From a virus, in IMG/VR virus record IMGVR_UViG_3300042888_001941, positions 72,435-136,434 of that record: 64,000 bases of DNA; one strand, 5' to 3'. Position numbers and translations under genes: made by a program. Under the pieces are notes generated by a model. That model had not been told where the DNA came from. It saw nothing but the letters and a program-made list of their open reading frames with translations, and did no database searches. Each line of letters begins with the position of its first letter. Within the stretch, counting starts at the first letter, position 1. This document shows, piece by piece, positions 62,506 to 64,000 of this stretch.

Positions 62506-64000
62506 TTAAGTTAGGAGTCGGAGAAGCTTACTCATCTGAGATGAAACCTCAGACTGAGAGTAATAGTCTCCACCTGACATGAACGACTTGAGATCTGTAG
62601 TCGCCTCATCAGCATCCTTCTTTCCGATCTTGTTTTCCACTCGTGAAATCATGTCTTTCATGAGTCCTTTAAGTGCCGGAGGAAGATCGCTGTAGCGAAC
62701 CTTCTCCGTATCGCTACCGAAAGGCAGTGGAAGGTTAGCAATAACTCTTCCAAGTTCTCCTGCCGAGGAGCGAACATTTTCTAGTGAGTCTTTGTTAAGA
62801 GAGCCCGCATCGAGTCTATCAATAATTGAGATAAGGTCTCCGGCCGAGCGAGCAGCTTCCATATAGTTTCCTGCATCGTCAAGGTTCTCCGTTTCTTCTA
62901 TCTTCTTGATAGCATCGTCAAGACCAGAGTCTCCTAGGTCTTGCTTAATACGTGCTAAAACTGTGCGAAACTTACCTTTTGCATCGCGCGGTTGAGTGTC
63001 AGGGTTATATTTACCCTGCTCTTTGACCTCAACCGCTGGTGCTTTTCCCGCTTCGTTGGTATCCTCAGGCATGATAGGTGCAAATGAGGCTAAGCGTGAA
63101 CGAAGATCGTTGAGATCTTCTTCAATAAGTGATGCAGATGCCTTCTTCCATTTATCTGGAATTAGGTCCGCTCGGTCAAGAGAACGTGCGCGCTTCATAA
63201 TGTGGCGGCGAACTGCTGCTCGCTTGCCTGGCTTTGAGCGGCCGTACGCTTGAATTGAATCCTTAAGAGAATCAACATTTGTGATTGGGTAGGAGCCATC
63301 AGGAAGAGCCTTACCTTCCTTGGCAAGCTTCTGACGCTTCTCACGGGAGATGTATCCAAAGTTGTCGTCGTAGCGAGGCTCGCCATGGATACGCTCGTAT
63401 GCGGCGTCAGCAGCTGCTGAAAGCTCAGCGGCCTTTGCCTCACGAATAGGCGCGAATTTTGCGCGAGCCTCATCAGCCTTGGCTGAAAGCTCTGCATTTT
63501 CTAACTGCTCAAGTTTGTGTACACGAGCAGACAGTTCTGCGACAGGATCTGATTTCATGCGTGCAAGTACATTTGCACCAGCGGCAACAAGCGCCATAAC
63601 GGCTCCTGAAGCGACGCGTGCTCGGGCAATTGGGAACCCTGGCACGTTTACCTGGCAAACCGCAACAAGTTCAAGCTGACCCTTAATTGGGCGCCAGTCA
63701 CCAGATGGTGCTGATGCGCGAAGGGCGCGAACTTGCTCGGGGGTTGTACCTGGGCGTAGTGCTCCAGCAACCCAGATGCCGTAGGCATCTTCTCCTGCAT
63801 GAACGTCTGCGATTGCTGATGCTGTGTCGTCATAGTGACGTACAGCTTCTGCGGCTGATGCTTCTAGTGAAGCGTGGCCACCAGCGAGTGTTAGCTGACC
63901 GACAGGAACATCAGTTCCGTCCTCAGCACGAACAACACCTGTGTGGAAATATGCGTACTTGCTGCGGCTGCGTGGTGGCTTGGTTCCAAAGCTCATTCCG
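62506..64000 (-). CDS. Capsid maturation protease, 5'-truncated by the window edge, with C-terminal accessory domains
   Basis: YAYFHTG, GGHA, HYD, GED..GIW.AG, SGDWR, VN.PGFP, followed by ALPDGSYPI and QPRD..GKF modules. The frame is open to the window end. Confidence 0.75.
   Translation of the reverse strand, partial: GMSFGTKPPRSRSKYAYFHTGVVRAEDGTDVPVGQLTLAGGHASLEASAAEAVRHYDDTASAIADVHAGEDAYGIWVAGALRPGTTPEQVRALRASAPSGDWRPIKGQLELVAVCQVNVPGFPIARARVASGAVMALVAAGANVLARMKSDPVAELSARVHKLEQLENAELSAKADEARAKFAPIREAKAAELSAAADAAYERIHGEPRYDDNFGYISREKRQKLAKEGKALPDGSYPITNVDSLKDSIQAYGRSKPGKRAAVRRHIMKRARSLDRADLIPDKWKKASASLIEEDLNDLRSRLASFAPIMPEDTNEAGKAPAVEVKEQGKYNPDTQPRDAKGKFRTVLARIKQDLGDSGLDDAIKKIEETENLDDAGNYMEAARSAGDLISIIDRLDAGSLNKDSLENVRSSAGELGRVIANLPLPFGSDTEKVRYSDLPPALKGLMKDMISRVENKIGKKDADEATTDLKSFMSGGDYYSQSEVSSQMSKLLRLLT

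Overview
The window is a 64 kb stretch of a tailed dsDNA phage with a siphovirus-type tail module. The host is most likely an actinobacterium, judging from WhiB, an MSMEG_6728-like glycosylase, a two-capsid-protein head module and actinophage-style PolA/Cas4/Sak4/DUF669 genes. Layout: (1) 1-3.4 kb, minus strand: a signal-peptide DUF1524/HNH nuclease and a primase-polymerase/SF3 helicase. (2) 3.6-26.5 kb, plus strand: a metallophosphoesterase, four G-X-T collagen-like fibre genes, three tandem 'A-B-C' cassettes of paralogous beta-domain/Gly-rich proteins, and two GT-A glycosyltransferases, one of them COLGALT1-like. (3) 26.5-42.3 kb, minus strand: replication genes interleaved with a probable cytosine hypermodification pathway (Asp-type thymidylate synthase homologue, dNMP kinase-UDG-like fusion, dCMP deaminase, dCTPase/dUTPase-like enzyme, two T4 beta-glucosyltransferase-like proteins, and a C5-methyltransferase-fold enzyme with a natural motif-X Asn->Lys change). 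(4) 42.3-64 kb, minus strand: 2OG-Fe(II) oxygenases and the tail, neck, capsid and protease genes. The best candidate novel systems are the DNA modification locus with its atypical MTase, and a phage collagen-fibre/glycosylation system with triplicated tip cassettes. All product calls come from motif recognition by eye; no database searches were run. I saw no tRNA, rRNA, CRISPR array or integrase.
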